A stretch of 64,000 nucleotides of DNA from Methanocaldococcus sp. 28A (GTDB lineage Archaea; AGJL01; Methanococci; Methanococcales; Methanocaldococcaceae). Under the pieces are notes generated by a model. It was not told the origin of the DNA and did no database searches. It saw only the letters and a list, made by a program, of their open reading frames with translations. The position numbers were made by a program, and so were the translations under genes. Positions 1-10,553 of the stretch are shown here, in pieces (positions within the stretch are counted from its first letter, which is position 1; the number at the start of each line of letters is the position of its first letter). The stretch is taken from assembly GCA_049852185.1 (NCBI GenBank), contig CP187540.1; one strand, given 5' to 3'.

Positions 1-5
1 TATTA

Positions 6-2087
6 TTGATATTTGCTATACTTACCTGTGTTTATCCTTCAAACATTGAATATAAATATACAAGTTCAATTCCAATAGAATTTGTTCCATTATCAAAAGT
101 TAAAAATGTTGAGACGCTTAAGGAACTTTTGGATGATAATACTCTAACTGTGTTTTGTTTAGATAATAATTCAATTGATAACGATATTTTATACTATTTA
201 GGAATAAAGAAATACTTGCCATCAAAAATTCCTGATTATGGGAATTATACGTATGTAAATAAAAATGGAATTATTGTAGTGTATCCAAAGTCCAGTGTTT
301 ATGAGAAAGATGGAGCTTTAATATTTAATCCACCAAAAGAAGAAAATTACAGTGAGTATGAGTTTGTAAAACCATATAAAATAAAAGTTCCAAATCCTTC
401 AAGAATTCCTGACTATGATGGATATGTATTGATAAGAAATGCTACATTCATCCTATATCCAAAAAAATATATTGTTGTAGGAAAAGATGGAGAAATTTAC
501 TATAATCCACCAAAAGAACCATCAGAAGAATACTACTACAAATATTCTTATACTTATCCTCCTAAAGTTATTCCAGATTATTATGATTATGTATTTATTG
601 ATAACAATAGCAATTTTATAATTTATCCAAAAAAATATGTCATAAGAAATGATGATGGAGCTTTAATATTCCATCCACCAGCTGAAGTAAAAGAACTTCC
701 AATTTATAAGATTAATTATAAGAAAGTAGCAGATGGAGTTTATGAAATTAAGAAAAATAAACTTCTCTTCCTATACCCTACATCATTAGATGATGAAAAA
801 ACACTCAACATTATTGGAGAGTATATTGCTAAAAATGGAGGAGTTTTTGCATATATAAATAAAGTTCCACCATATTATAAGCATATACTCGTTACGGGAG
901 TAGCTGTAGATAAAATAATCCCTGATGAGAATGGGGATTATGCTATAGACGTTGCAGGACGAAAAATTAAAGTAGATGTGTTAGATGATAAAATAATAAA
1001 TAAAAAATTAAAATACATAAAAGCTTTAAATGCTTTAGGAATAAATGTAAGTTATATAGTAACTGGTAGTGAAGGAATTGATATTGTTAAAAAATCTGAT
1101 GTGGATGTAAATGAGCTTGAAGATTTATATAATGAGTATTGGTTTAAAAAATGGTGGACAAATTATACACATCTATACTTTAATCCAGAAAAAATGAACG
1201 ATATATATGCTGAGGATATATTGGCTTTAAGTTATTACCCTCTAATATATGTAGATAAAGCTCCTGAGACATTTAGAAATGACCCAATTGGAGGATTTTA
1301 TCCAAAAGTTATAAGCTATAAAGGAACTGCTGAAAATGGTTATTGGGAAGATGGGGCTAAGAGTGAAAATATTTATTATCATTTAGATTATGGAGAACCT
1401 TATTGGGATGGTAAGGCTAAAGAGCCATCAAAATGGTATTATGAGGGAGAACCTGTTTCAACAACAGAAGATAGCGAAATGTGGGATAAATATAAATACT
1501 TTAATCATTGGTTCGTAAAAAACTATGCCTATGCATTGGCAAGAGGATGTGATGGGTTATTTTTAGAAAGCTCAGATAAATACCTAATAGATGCAATTTT
1601 AGGTAATGATAGTGAGGACTTAGATTGGAAGTTAGATATAAAAGGAAAAGTTGATTATTTAGTTATTCCAGGTGAGAAAGGATTTGAAATATACGATGGA
1701 ATTCCGATTATTAGAATTCCAACACCACTAAAAGATGTTTATGGAGTAAATATTGTCGATACTCTTTATATTCCACCTAAAGGTGAGGACTTTGGAGTTT
1801 ATGTTGCAGACATTAGGAATTATAGCATATATAAAATTATCAAACTAAAAGAAAATGGAACTGCTGTAGTTTCATTTAAAGATTTAGCTAAGTGGCTTTA
1901 TAAATACACTAAAAACAATATTTTCTACAACGGAACTACTATAAAGGTAAAAGATAATAATGGAATAAAAATAACTATATTTACTAAAAAGAATTTAAAT
2001 ATTAGCAATTATGATTATGAACTTTATGACAAAGAACACTATAAATATATTATTGCAAACCCTCCAAAAATAATTCCTTTAAATTAA
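6..2087 (+). CDS. Large hypothetical protein, probably secreted or surface-located, with three internal ~55-60 aa repeats; 5' end probably lies upstream of the window
   Basis: 693-aa ORF beginning at the window edge with a hydrophobic stretch; three IPDY...YPK...DG...PP repeats; Tyr/Trp-rich C-terminal half. Confidence 0.75.
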   Translation: MIFAILTCVYPSNIEYKYTSSIPIEFVPLSKVKNVETLKELLDDNTLTVFCLDNNSIDNDILYYLGIKKYLPSKIPDYGNYTYVNKNGIIVVYPKSSVYEKDGALIFNPPKEENYSEYEFVKPYKIKVPNPSRIPDYDGYVLIRNATFILYPKKYIVVGKDGEIYYNPPKEPSEEYYYKYSYTYPPKVIPDYYDYVFIDNNSNFIIYPKKYVIRNDDGALIFHPPAEVKELPIYKINYKKVADGVYEIKKNKLLFLYPTSLDDEKTLNIIGEYIAKNGGVFAYINKVPPYYKHILVTGVAVDKIIPDENGDYAIDVAGRKIKVDVLDDKIINKKLKYIKALNALGINVSYIVTGSEGIDIVKKSDVDVNELEDLYNEYWFKKWWTNYTHLYFNPEKMNDIYAEDILALSYYPLIYVDKAPETFRNDPIGGFYPKVISYKGTAENGYWEDGAKSENIYYHLDYGEPYWDGKAKEPSKWYYEGEPVSTTEDSEMWDKYKYFNHWFVKNYAYALARGCDGLFLESSDKYLIDAILGNDSEDLDWKLDIKGKVDYLVIPGEKGFEIYDGIPIIRIPTPLKDVYGVNIVDTLYIPPKGEDFGVYVADIRNYSIYKIIKLKENGTAVVSFKDLAKWLYKYTKNNIFYNGTTIKVKDNNGIKITIFTKKNLNISNYDYELYDKEHYKYIIANPPKIIPLN

Positions 2088-2108
2088 ATCTTAATTTTGG
2101 TGATAAAA

Positions 2109-2903
2109 ATGAAAATAGGGTTTTATAATATTCAAGGAGGTACTGGAAAAACCACAATTGCCGCAAATTTTGCATATATTCTTAGTCATTCAGTTAAAAC
2201 TATTTTAGTTGATTGCGATATTTATGGAGGAACGTGTGCTTTGATGTTTGGGCTAGAAGGTAGAGAACATAACTTAAATACCTATCTATCTGGAAATTCT
2301 GCTGTAGAGGATATAATTTATAATTATGATGATTTAGCTATTATCCCCACAGGAGTAACTTCTGATGTTTTTGGATATAAAACAGACATTGAAAATTTTG
2401 TAAGATTAATCGAAGTATTGGAAGAAGAATATGACGTTATTGTTTATGATTTCCCACCAAACATATCTGAGGAAAATATCCTTATATCTTATGCAGGATA
2501 TGACCTTGTTAATAAAGTTATAATAGTTGGTGAAGATAGTATTCCATCTATTGTAAATTCATTAAAAACTATTGAACTCTTAAAAGATTTGGGTATTAGC
2601 TTAACTGGAATTATTGTTAATAAATATCAGGGGATTACTGATATTAGCGAGATTATTGATGATATTATTGGAGTTTTACCTTACGACATTAATGTAGAGA
2701 GACAATGGTCTGAAAACTTACCTATTACAAAAATTAAAACAAAATTCACTAAGGAAATGACTAAATTAACCAATGAACTGGCAAGCGTATATTTAGAAAA
2801 AGATTTAGCATCATTAAGAGCTTTAAAATTAGCAAAAACTATTTCAGGTATAACTGAAGAAGAAAAATTGGATAGGGAATTAGAATTTAAAGATTTAGAA
2901 TAG
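2109..2903 (+). CDS. MinD/ParA-family ATPase
   Basis: Deviant Walker A (QGGTGKTT), LVDCD and YDFPP motifs; GGTGA Shine-Dalgarno before ATG 2109. Confidence 0.85.
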   Translation: MKIGFYNIQGGTGKTTIAANFAYILSHSVKTILVDCDIYGGTCALMFGLEGREHNLNTYLSGNSAVEDIIYNYDDLAIIPTGVTSDVFGYKTDIENFVRLIEVLEEEYDVIVYDFPPNISEENILISYAGYDLVNKVIIVGEDSIPSIVNSLKTIELLKDLGISLTGIIVNKYQGITDISEIIDDIIGVLPYDINVERQWSENLPITKIKTKFTKEMTKLTNELASVYLEKDLASLRALKLAKTISGITEEEKLDRELEFKDLE

Positions 2904-2953
2904 GACTATCAGAGAATTAATTTTTATTTAAAAGCATAAGTGTGGAAGTCCTA
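2901..2953. repeat. Palindromic family B (short copy)
   Basis: TAGGACT...AGTCCTA. Confidence 0.6.
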
Positions 2954-2978
2954 TTAGGATTGAAATGAAGTGATATGG

Positions 2979-3797
2979 ATGTTAACAAAGAGAATAATTC
3001 CATGCTTGGATATTAAAGATGGGAGAGTTGTTAAAGGAACAAAGTTCTTGAATTTAAGAGATGCGGGAGACCCTGTTGAGTTGGCACAGTTGTATGATAA
3101 TGAAGGGGCTGATGAGCTTGTATTTTTGGATATAACAGCTTCAGCTGAAAAAAGGGATATAATTATTGATGTTGTGAAAAGAACAGCTGAGAAAGTTTTT
3201 ATTCCATTAACTGTAGGTGGTGGAATTAAATCAATTGAAGATTTTAGAAAGATACTGAGGGCCGGAGCTGATAAAGTTTCAATAAATACTGCAGCTGTAA
3301 AATATCCTAATTTAATTAAAGAGGCGAGTGAAATATTTGGTTCTCAATGTGTTGTTGTTGCTATTGATGCTAAAAGGCATTATGTTAATGAGGATGAGAT
3401 AGATGATATAGATAAAAATGTTGTTAAAGTAGAGGATGGTTATTGCTGGTTTGAAGTTTATATTTATGGAGGAAAAAAAGAAACTGGTATAGATGCCATA
3501 GAATGGGCTAAAAAAGTAGAAGAATTGGGAGCTGGAGAAATTTTATTAACAAGTATTGATAAAGATGGAACAAAAAGTGGTTATGATTTAATATTAACAA
3601 GAGAGATTTCTAAGAATGTTAAACTTCCTGTTATTGCCTCTGGCGGAGCTGGAAAACCAGAGCATGTTTATGAAGCTTTTGTTTATGGAAAAGCAGATGC
3701 TGCATTAATGGCAGGAATATTGCATTATAGAAAATACACAATAGAAGAGATAAAAAGATATTGTGCAGATAGGGGAATACCTATGAGATTTTTATAA
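2979..3797 (+). CDS. hisF: Imidazole glycerol phosphate synthase cyclase subunit
   Basis: [43 protein letters not shown]. Confidence 0.97.
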   Translation: MLTKRIIPCLDIKDGRVVKGTKFLNLRDAGDPVELAQLYDNEGADELVFLDITASAEKRDIIIDVVKRTAEKVFIPLTVGGGIKSIEDFRKILRAGADKVSINTAAVKYPNLIKEASEIFGSQCVVVAIDAKRHYVNEDEIDDIDKNVVKVEDGYCWFEVYIYGGKKETGIDAIEWAKKVEELGAGEILLTSIDKDGTKSGYDLILTREISKNVKLPVIASGGAGKPEHVYEAFVYGKADAALMAGILHYRKYTIEEIKRYCADRGIPMRFL

Positions 3798-3808
3798 AAA
3801 CAAAAAAA

Positions 3809-4582
3809 TTATTGTATCTTTATAGATTTTAAAACCTCGTCCTTCAAAATATTTAAAATCTTTTTTCTATATTCAAGGAAATCTATACTTGTTCTATCTC
3901 TTGGCCTTTCTAAATCAATTTCAATAATATCTTTTATTCTTCCAGGTCTTGCAGTTAAAACAACAACCCTATCTGAGAGATAAACTGCTTCATCAACACT
4001 ATGAGTAACAAAAAATACTGTCTTTCTCTCCTTTTGCCATATTTTTAATAATTCATTCTGTAGTATATTCCTTGTTTGGGCATCTAATGCTGCAAATGGT
4101 TCATCCATTAAAACAATCTCTGGGTCGTTGGCTAAAGTTCTTGCTATGGCAACTCTTTGCTGCATACCACCACTCAACTGATGAGGGTAAGCTTCTTCAA
4201 ATCCTTCTAATCCTACCATTTTAATGAATTTTTTTGCTATCTTTATTCTTTCATTTTTTGGAATGCCTTTTAACTCTAAACCAAATGTAACATTTTTTAA
4301 AACAGTTCTCCATGGCATTAGTGTATATTGTTGAAACACAACTCCTCTATCAGCTCCAGGCCCTTTAACTTCTTTTCCATCCAATAAAACTTTCCCTTCA
4401 GTTGGATAATCTAAACCAGCTATAATTCTTAATAATGTGGTTTTTCCACAACCACTTGGACCCATAACTGTTAAAAATTCATTTTCATAAACCTCTAAAT
4501 TGATATTGTCTAATGCTTTGACCTTGTTTCCATTGAATTCAAAAATTTTTGTTAGATTTTCAACTTTCAACTTTACTTTCAT
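3809..4582 (-). CDS. ABC transporter ATP-binding protein (NitT/TauT/SsuB type)
   Basis: [27 protein letters not shown]. Confidence 0.93.
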   Translation of the reverse strand: MKVKLKVENLTKIFEFNGNKVKALDNINLEVYENEFLTVMGPSGCGKTTLLRIIAGLDYPTEGKVLLDGKEVKGPGADRGVVFQQYTLMPWRTVLKNVTFGLELKGIPKNERIKIAKKFIKMVGLEGFEEAYPHQLSGGMQQRVAIARTLANDPEIVLMDEPFAALDAQTRNILQNELLKIWQKERKTVFFVTHSVDEAVYLSDRVVVLTARPGRIKDIIEIDLERPRDRTSIDFLEYRKKILNILKDEVLKSIKIQ

Positions 4583-4594
4583 TTTTATCCCTTT

Positions 4595-5371
4595 TTATTT
4601 CATCATTTTTCTCCATACGAAATACTTGTCTTCAATATATCTTAGTCCTCTATCTAATATTAGACCAATTAATCCAATAATTATCATACAGGCAATAACA
4701 ACGTCCATTCTACTTAATGAATAGGCATACATAATTAAATATCCTAAACCGGCATTACTTGATGGTAGCATCTCTGCTGCAACAACACACATCCAAGCTA
4801 TACCAGCTCCAACTCTAAGTCCAGTTAAAATACTTGGGGATGATGCTGGAATAACAACCTTTATTAAAATATCTTTTTCTTTAGCACCTAAGGTTAAAGC
4901 CGCTTCAATTAATGGGGTAGGAACACTTTTAACTCCTGAGATTGTATTTATTAATATTGGGAAGAACGCTCCAATGAATATTATAAATATCATTGACATC
5001 TCTCCAAGTCCAAACCATGCCAACGATAGTGGAACCCAAGCTAATGGAGGAATTGGTCTTAATAACTCAATTAAAGTATCACATAAGCTATTTATTGTTT
5101 TATAATATCCCATCAATATTCCTAAAGGTATTGCTACAATTGATGCTAATAAAAAACCACCTAAAACTCTTTTTATACTAATTATTGTATTGTCAATTAA
5201 ACTTCCAGTTCCTAAGATTCCACTAAAAGGATGAATTAAGACATTAATAACTGCTTCAACTCTTGGCAAAATTACTGGGTTATTTAAATATATTGCTAAA
5301 ATTTCCCAGATAACAACAACACCTATTGGAAGAATAACTTTTAATATTATATTTCTTAAACTTAGTTTCAC
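4595..5371 (-). CDS. ABC transporter permease (NitT/TauT/SsuC type)
   Basis: LRPIPPLAWVP, EAALTLGA (EAA loop), VVAAEM; probable GTG start at 5371. Confidence 0.9.
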   Translation of the reverse strand: MKLSLRNIILKVILPIGVVVIWEILAIYLNNPVILPRVEAVINVLIHPFSGILGTGSLIDNTIISIKRVLGGFLLASIVAIPLGILMGYYKTINSLCDTLIELLRPIPPLAWVPLSLAWFGLGEMSMIFIIFIGAFFPILINTISGVKSVPTPLIEAALTLGAKEKDILIKVVIPASSPSILTGLRVGAGIAWMCVVAAEMLPSSNAGLGYLIMYAYSLSRMDVVIACMIIIGLIGLILDRGLRYIEDKYFVWRKMMK

Positions 5372-5446
5372 ATATATCCCCTTCTTTTTTATAATACGTA
5401 TCTTAACTCGTAATAGTAATAATATATTAAAATTTTTTGCACAAAT

Positions 5447-5558
5447 TATAGTTGTGTGCAAAATAAATAAACTTTTATAATGGCAATTTGAATGCCTTTT
5501 ATAAGGAAGGCATTCTTTAATACCTTATTTTAATTAAGATAGTTTGCACACAACTATA
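5447..5558. repeat. Palindromic MITE-like family A
   Basis: TATAGTTGTGTGCAAA...TTTGCACACAACTATA with internal GAATGCCTT..AAGGCATTC hairpin. Confidence 0.85.
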
Positions 5559-5600
5559 ACAAAACTTTAAAAAGATTATGAAGTATTTAAATTTTATTAT

Positions 5601-6773
5601 TTATTCCCAAAGTGTTCCATTTAAATAGCTAATAATTTTATCGTTAGTTTTATTGTAAATTTTTCCAATTAACACTTTAATTTTAACTCCTTCATTGGTG
5701 TTAATTTCTTCAACATTTTTTATTGTTATAACCATCTTCATTTTTCTCATAAAATCTAAAAACTCATCAAAATCATCTTCATTATCAAATATTAGCTCAA
5801 AATCTTCAGAAACTCTTTTTCCATTAGCTACTTTACTAATTGTCTCGACCATTGGTAGTAAAATAGCTTCTCCTAAATCTTTAGCCCTCTTTTTTCTCTC
5901 CTCAATAGTTTCTTTAAACTCATAACTCATGAATCCTTCTCTTACAACCCTACTGAATATAAAGTCAATACCTAAATCAAAGAAAAATGTAAAGGCTGAT
6001 TTTAAATCTTCACACTGTGTAAAGTGTGTTGTGTATTTTATTGGGGGGATAGCCATATCAGGGTCTTTTAAAACTACTCCTTCTTTTTTTTCTTTATTTA
6101 ACTTTTCAATAATTTTCCTTACATGTATGTGAGCCTCTTCTTTATCAACAACTGCTAATGGCTTAACATAAGGCAGGTTATATTTTTCACACAACTTTAT
6201 TCTTTCTTTTATTGGTAGAGATTTGTTAGTTTCCCTCTCTTTTATATCAAATATATAAAATCCTAAATTTTCATAACCCCTATCGACTTCTTTATAATAA
6301 TAAGGAGTGTAAGGATTGTTTAAACCTATCATTTCCCCACATAGCATATAATAGTTATAATCATCTAAAATCTCTAAATTTAAGAATTTTTTAACTTTTT
6401 TTGTAGTGAATGGGCAGATGTATCCACTTCTCGTTAATGCATAAACTTCTCCATCTATTTTGACGATTCTTATATTATATCCATTTAATTTTTCTTCAAC
6501 AACAACTTTATCAATAAAATGGTTTTTTATTGTAGGATAGAGAGTTATGGCTCTATAGGTTTTTGGATAACCTCTAACAACATCAAGGTTATCGTTTAGA
6601 AATATAACTGTTCCTTTTTCTACTCCTCTAAATTCTTTTTTAAATAATAATGTTTTTGCTTCTTTGTATTCATTTTCCCTTAAAATTTTCTTTTTAAAAG
6701 CTTTATCTAAATCTTTTATAGATAAATTTAGTTTCTCCGCTATTTTATCTAAATCATAAGTAGAAATTTGCAT
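5601..6773 (-). CDS. ATP-dependent RNA ligase, archaeal Rnl3/Pab1020 family
   Basis: Motif I EEKLNGYN, LCGEM, FYIFDI, EGVVLKD, IKYTT. Confidence 0.9.
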   Translation of the reverse strand: MQISTYDLDKIAEKLNLSIKDLDKAFKKKILRENEYKEAKTLLFKKEFRGVEKGTVIFLNDNLDVVRGYPKTYRAITLYPTIKNHFIDKVVVEEKLNGYNIRIVKIDGEVYALTRSGYICPFTTKKVKKFLNLEILDDYNYYMLCGEMIGLNNPYTPYYYKEVDRGYENLGFYIFDIKERETNKSLPIKERIKLCEKYNLPYVKPLAVVDKEEAHIHVRKIIEKLNKEKKEGVVLKDPDMAIPPIKYTTHFTQCEDLKSAFTFFFDLGIDFIFSRVVREGFMSYEFKETIEERKKRAKDLGEAILLPMVETISKVANGKRVSEDFELIFDNEDDFDEFLDFMRKMKMVITIKNVEEINTNEGVKIKVLIGKIYNKTNDKIISYLNGTLWE

Positions 6774-6833
6774 AATTATCCACTCCTTAGTATAAAATTT
6801 ATACAGATTTTTTAAAAGGTTTATACAAGGTGA

Positions 6834-7547
6834 TTAAATGTCTAATGCTCTTCTAACTTTTTTAATAACTTTGCTATATACTTCTATATTATATCTACTC
6901 CCTAATTTTCCATAGTGCCATCTTGTTTTCCATGGATTCTTTAATAAGTTAGATTTTAATTTTATTAGTTCTTTAGTTTTTATTTCTAATAAATTTAAAA
7001 ATTCCTTTGGTGACAAATCATCAGGTTTTTCTATATTTAACTCACTAAATTTTATATATGCATTTCCAACTTCCCAAATAAAGTGTGCATCACTTCCAAA
7101 AGCCATCGCAAAATCATATTTTTCAGCATACTCTAAAGCTTTTAAATTTGGTTCTATACTACGACATCTACTATTAAATACCTCAACAATATGCACATAT
7201 TTTAAAAATTCTTTCTCCTCTAACACATTAAATTTTGCTAAACTTCTTTTCCTCTTAAAATCAAATGGATGAGGTAAATAAACCAAAGCTCCCTGCTCTC
7301 TAACTCTATCTAATGCCTCATACAAATCTAAGTTAGGAGGAATTTCTTCATTTAAAAATAAGCCAATAAACTCTCCTCTATTTGTAGCTATTTCCTCTCC
7401 AGGTATTGCAAAATTTAGTTTAGTTAGTTTATTATGGTCACAAATCGCTGGGATAATATTTTTCCTTATACAAAATTTTTCTAAGAACCTCTTTGGATTT
7501 AAGGAACATTTACTTACTATGGAATGAACATGTAAATCTACTTTCAT
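6834..7547 (-). CDS. PHP-domain metal-dependent phosphoesterase
   Basis: DLHVHS, ICDHN, PGEEI, LPHP, GSDAH. Confidence 0.9.
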   Translation of the reverse strand: MKVDLHVHSIVSKCSLNPKRFLEKFCIRKNIIPAICDHNKLTKLNFAIPGEEIATNRGEFIGLFLNEEIPPNLDLYEALDRVREQGALVYLPHPFDFKRKRSLAKFNVLEEKEFLKYVHIVEVFNSRCRSIEPNLKALEYAEKYDFAMAFGSDAHFIWEVGNAYIKFSELNIEKPDDLSPKEFLNLLEIKTKELIKLKSNLLKNPWKTRWHYGKLGSRYNIEVYSKVIKKVRRALDI

Positions 7548-7663
7548 TGATGTCCCCAAATATTATTTATATGAATTTTAAGGATTTATTCATTAACTTA
7601 ATATATTAATTTAAGTTTTACTACCATAAATTACCAATACTTTTATGATATCTGGTGATAATT

Positions 7664-8428
7664 ATGAAAAAAATTGGCATACTTGATATAGTTGTTATAT
7701 TAGCTATACTAATAACTTCTGTATCTTTAGCATATAAATTTTATAGTAGTAATGGAAATGATTATGAGTTTGATGGTAGTCAGATGTATAAATGTGCATG
7801 GGTTTGTGAAAATATATTAAATAAAAATTTTCCTTTAAACGCTACTGTAATTGGAAAATGGACATCCTCTAAAAAACCATTTAACGGAACTGTTGAGATA
7901 TACTATGCAAAAGGTGGAACTCTCTATGCCCTATATAATGGAACGCCAATAACTATTGGTGGAGAATTGGCTTATCAGGAAGACATAGCTGCAAAAAAAA
8001 TAATTTTACATCCAATAGGAAAATCAATAATAAAATATGAATTAAATCCAATTGAGGGGAGCTCATTTAGAGATATTGCAAACAATATAGAAAATACAAC
8101 AAAAAACTTTAAAGAGTTAAAAGTTGTTGATGTTATACTTGAAGGGAGTATTGGAGCTGATTCAAAAACATATAAGCCAGCTGAGAGACAAAAAATAATA
8201 AATAATCTAGATGTAGATATTAAAAAAGGAATGAATATATATTTTGTTGAGTATGGAGTTATATTTAATGGAAAAATGAACTTAAATACTTTAAAAAATC
8301 TTGATAGATATATAAAAGTTTCAAATATAACAACATCAAAATTAACAGTCTATGTAGTTGTAAATAATTCAATAGATGAAATACCCAATAAAATAAAAGA
8401 AAACTATGTTATTATTACATTGGGATAA
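7664..8428 (+). CDS. Hypothetical protein with N-terminal membrane anchor
   Basis: MKKIG followed by a hydrophobic helix; first gene of a tightly coupled operon. Confidence 0.75.
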   Translation: MKKIGILDIVVILAILITSVSLAYKFYSSNGNDYEFDGSQMYKCAWVCENILNKNFPLNATVIGKWTSSKKPFNGTVEIYYAKGGTLYALYNGTPITIGGELAYQEDIAAKKIILHPIGKSIIKYELNPIEGSSFRDIANNIENTTKNFKELKVVDVILEGSIGADSKTYKPAERQKIINNLDVDIKKGMNIYFVEYGVIFNGKMNLNTLKNLDRYIKVSNITTSKLTVYVVVNNSIDEIPNKIKENYVIITLG

Positions 8429-8429
8429 T

Positions 8430-9470
8430 ATGAGGAAGATTGAACTTCATCATATATTTGTTATATTATCTTGCATTTATTTAATATTTTCAAACGTTTC
8501 AATAAATTCAGCAATTGTATTTTTATTTTCCGCAATATTTTTTTACATATCTTTTATTGTTGGTAAGAGATTATATTATTTAATTGATATAAATAAAGAA
8601 AATTTAAAAACAAACGTAAAAAAGCATTATAACTTTGGAATTTCTTTAATGATAATTGGGTTGATAGCGATAATCTCTGATTTAATTTGGGTAAAAGACA
8701 TTCCTTTATTTAACCCGTTATCAAGAAAATTTTTAAATGTATATTTTACAACATTGTCTCATCTCTTTTTAGTAGGTTGGGCAGTAGTAGTAGCTTCTTC
8801 TGACATAGACAAGAAAAAAATCTTATTATATACAATTATATTTTCAATGCTAATTATGCTTCTTGGATATAGGACAAATGTATTAGTTTTATTAATTTCT
8901 ATTGGAGTAGTCTTATATTATAAAAATAAAATAACCAATAGAGAAATTTTAAAATATGGACTTCTTATTTTTATTTTTTTGTTGGGATTGTCAATATTAA
9001 GATTGTATGTTTTGGGAGTTGAAGGGAATCCAATTACATCAAGGATAGCACTAACTATGAGTGTCTATGATATAATATTCAATAATTTTAATGGAATGTT
9101 TAATGGTTATATTCATTATGCAGCAGTATTTTCTTACTTAGGACTGAGTAATGGGGCAAGGGTTGTTATAGCCAAGATTTTAGGAATATCTGGGGTTAGT
9201 ATAACACCAACCATGGTTGGAGCCGTTGTTGGAGATTATGGAATTTTGGGGATAATACCTTACTTTGGAATATTGGGAATATTTTTAGGATTTTTCTATA
9301 AATTGGCAAAAGAGTTAGGAGGGATTTATTTAGGAATTTTTGGGATATTATTTGCTTATACATTAATAGGGATTGAAAGTGGAATTTTAGATTTAGATGT
9401 GATTCTCTATTACTTCTTTGGGTTGATACTATGCATCTATGCAATATTCTTGAGAAAATTAAAAAGATAG
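8430..9470 (+). CDS. Oligosaccharide repeat-unit polymerase (Wzy-like) family membrane protein
   Basis: Polytopic; IPLF..R, LLGYR and ITPT..G..VGDYG motifs. Confidence 0.7.
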   Translation: MRKIELHHIFVILSCIYLIFSNVSINSAIVFLFSAIFFYISFIVGKRLYYLIDINKENLKTNVKKHYNFGISLMIIGLIAIISDLIWVKDIPLFNPLSRKFLNVYFTTLSHLFLVGWAVVVASSDIDKKKILLYTIIFSMLIMLLGYRTNVLVLLISIGVVLYYKNKITNREILKYGLLIFIFLLGLSILRLYVLGVEGNPITSRIALTMSVYDIIFNNFNGMFNGYIHYAAVFSYLGLSNGARVVIAKILGISGVSITPTMVGAVVGDYGILGIIPYFGILGIFLGFFYKLAKELGGIYLGIFGILFAYTLIGIESGILDLDVILYYFFGLILCIYAIFLRKLKR

Positions 9471-10552
9471 ACTTGTTTCATCCAGTATCTATTGTTATAA
9501 TTGGACATTTGATAATTTTTATTCTGGCAATTCCATATTTAGATGATATTGGATTATATTCTTTGCTTGAAATTTTAGGTGTTTTGTCAATTTTTATTAC
9601 GGGGTTTTCTTTGCCATTTCTTTTTTCTATGCAAATTAAATTTAATAAGTATCTCTTATATATCTCATTTCTTCTTTTATCTTTTTTATCAATATTTGGT
9701 GCTTTTAAAATTACACATTCTTTATTATTATCAATAATTTATTTACTCTTTATTCTTATAGTTGCAGAAATTTTTATAAGATTTTATAAAAAAAAGATAT
9801 TCTCTGATTTTTTGTTTGTTATTGGTGTTGTAGCATTTCTTTTAATAGTTTTGATTTATAAGGCTATTCCTTTATTTAATTATGAGGTAAGGATGGCTAT
9901 CAGTTCAGAACCTTTAAGATTAATATCCATGGGTGGTTTAATTTATGGAGGAATTGAAAATAAAGTTTATTTTATAATTGCATTTATAATTTTAGTATTA
10001 TTGGGTTATAAAGTTGGAGTTTTAATGCTTTTTATTGCTTATATTGTATATAAATATAGAAATATTCCATTTAAATATATGGTTTTATTGGCATTTGGAT
10101 TATTGATATTTTTAGGAGTTATGGGAAAAATCATTTTATTATCATCTAATCAGCAATGGAGACTAAATCCAATAGAGATTTTATGTTATAGGGCTTATTT
10201 TGATTTGTATGTTCTTAGCAAAATTATTGAAAGTAATATATTAACATTAGGAAAAATTACTTTAATTCCTAATGGAGAGCAACGTATAGGAGAGTTGTTG
10301 TTTAATTATAAACATAATATTACAACAACTTTATTTGGAACAATATATCTTGATTTTGGGATTTTTGGGATTTTATTTGCTATATTGTTAGGAATTGTAT
10401 CAAAATTTATATATGAGGGGGATAAAAAGCTCTATGCAATATATGCCTCTTTATTATTAGCTTATTGTGAAATAGGTATAAATTATGGATTTTTGGTAGT
10501 TTTATCTTTGTTATTCTATTTAAATGCAAGATTAAAACTAAAAGAGGGGTAA
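9431..10552 (+). CDS. Second Wzy-like polytopic membrane protein, paralog of the upstream gene
   Basis: IPLF..R, LLGYK and ITTTLFG..YLDFG motifs parallel the upstream gene. Confidence 0.7.
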   Translation: MHLCNILEKIKKIDLFHPVSIVIIGHLIIFILAIPYLDDIGLYSLLEILGVLSIFITGFSLPFLFSMQIKFNKYLLYISFLLLSFLSIFGAFKITHSLLLSIIYLLFILIVAEIFIRFYKKKIFSDFLFVIGVVAFLLIVLIYKAIPLFNYEVRMAISSEPLRLISMGGLIYGGIENKVYFIIAFIILVLLGYKVGVLMLFIAYIVYKYRNIPFKYMVLLAFGLLIFLGVMGKIILLSSNQQWRLNPIEILCYRAYFDLYVLSKIIESNILTLGKITLIPNGEQRIGELLFNYKHNITTTLFGTIYLDFGIFGILFAILLGIVSKFIYEGDKKLYAIYASLLLAYCEIGINYGFLVVLSLLFYLNARLKLKEG

Positions 10553-10553
10553 T

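Noticed and set aside
3809-5371. ABC transporter lacking a substrate-binding gene
   Set aside because: Unlinked binding proteins are common and nothing here suggests a novel architecture.
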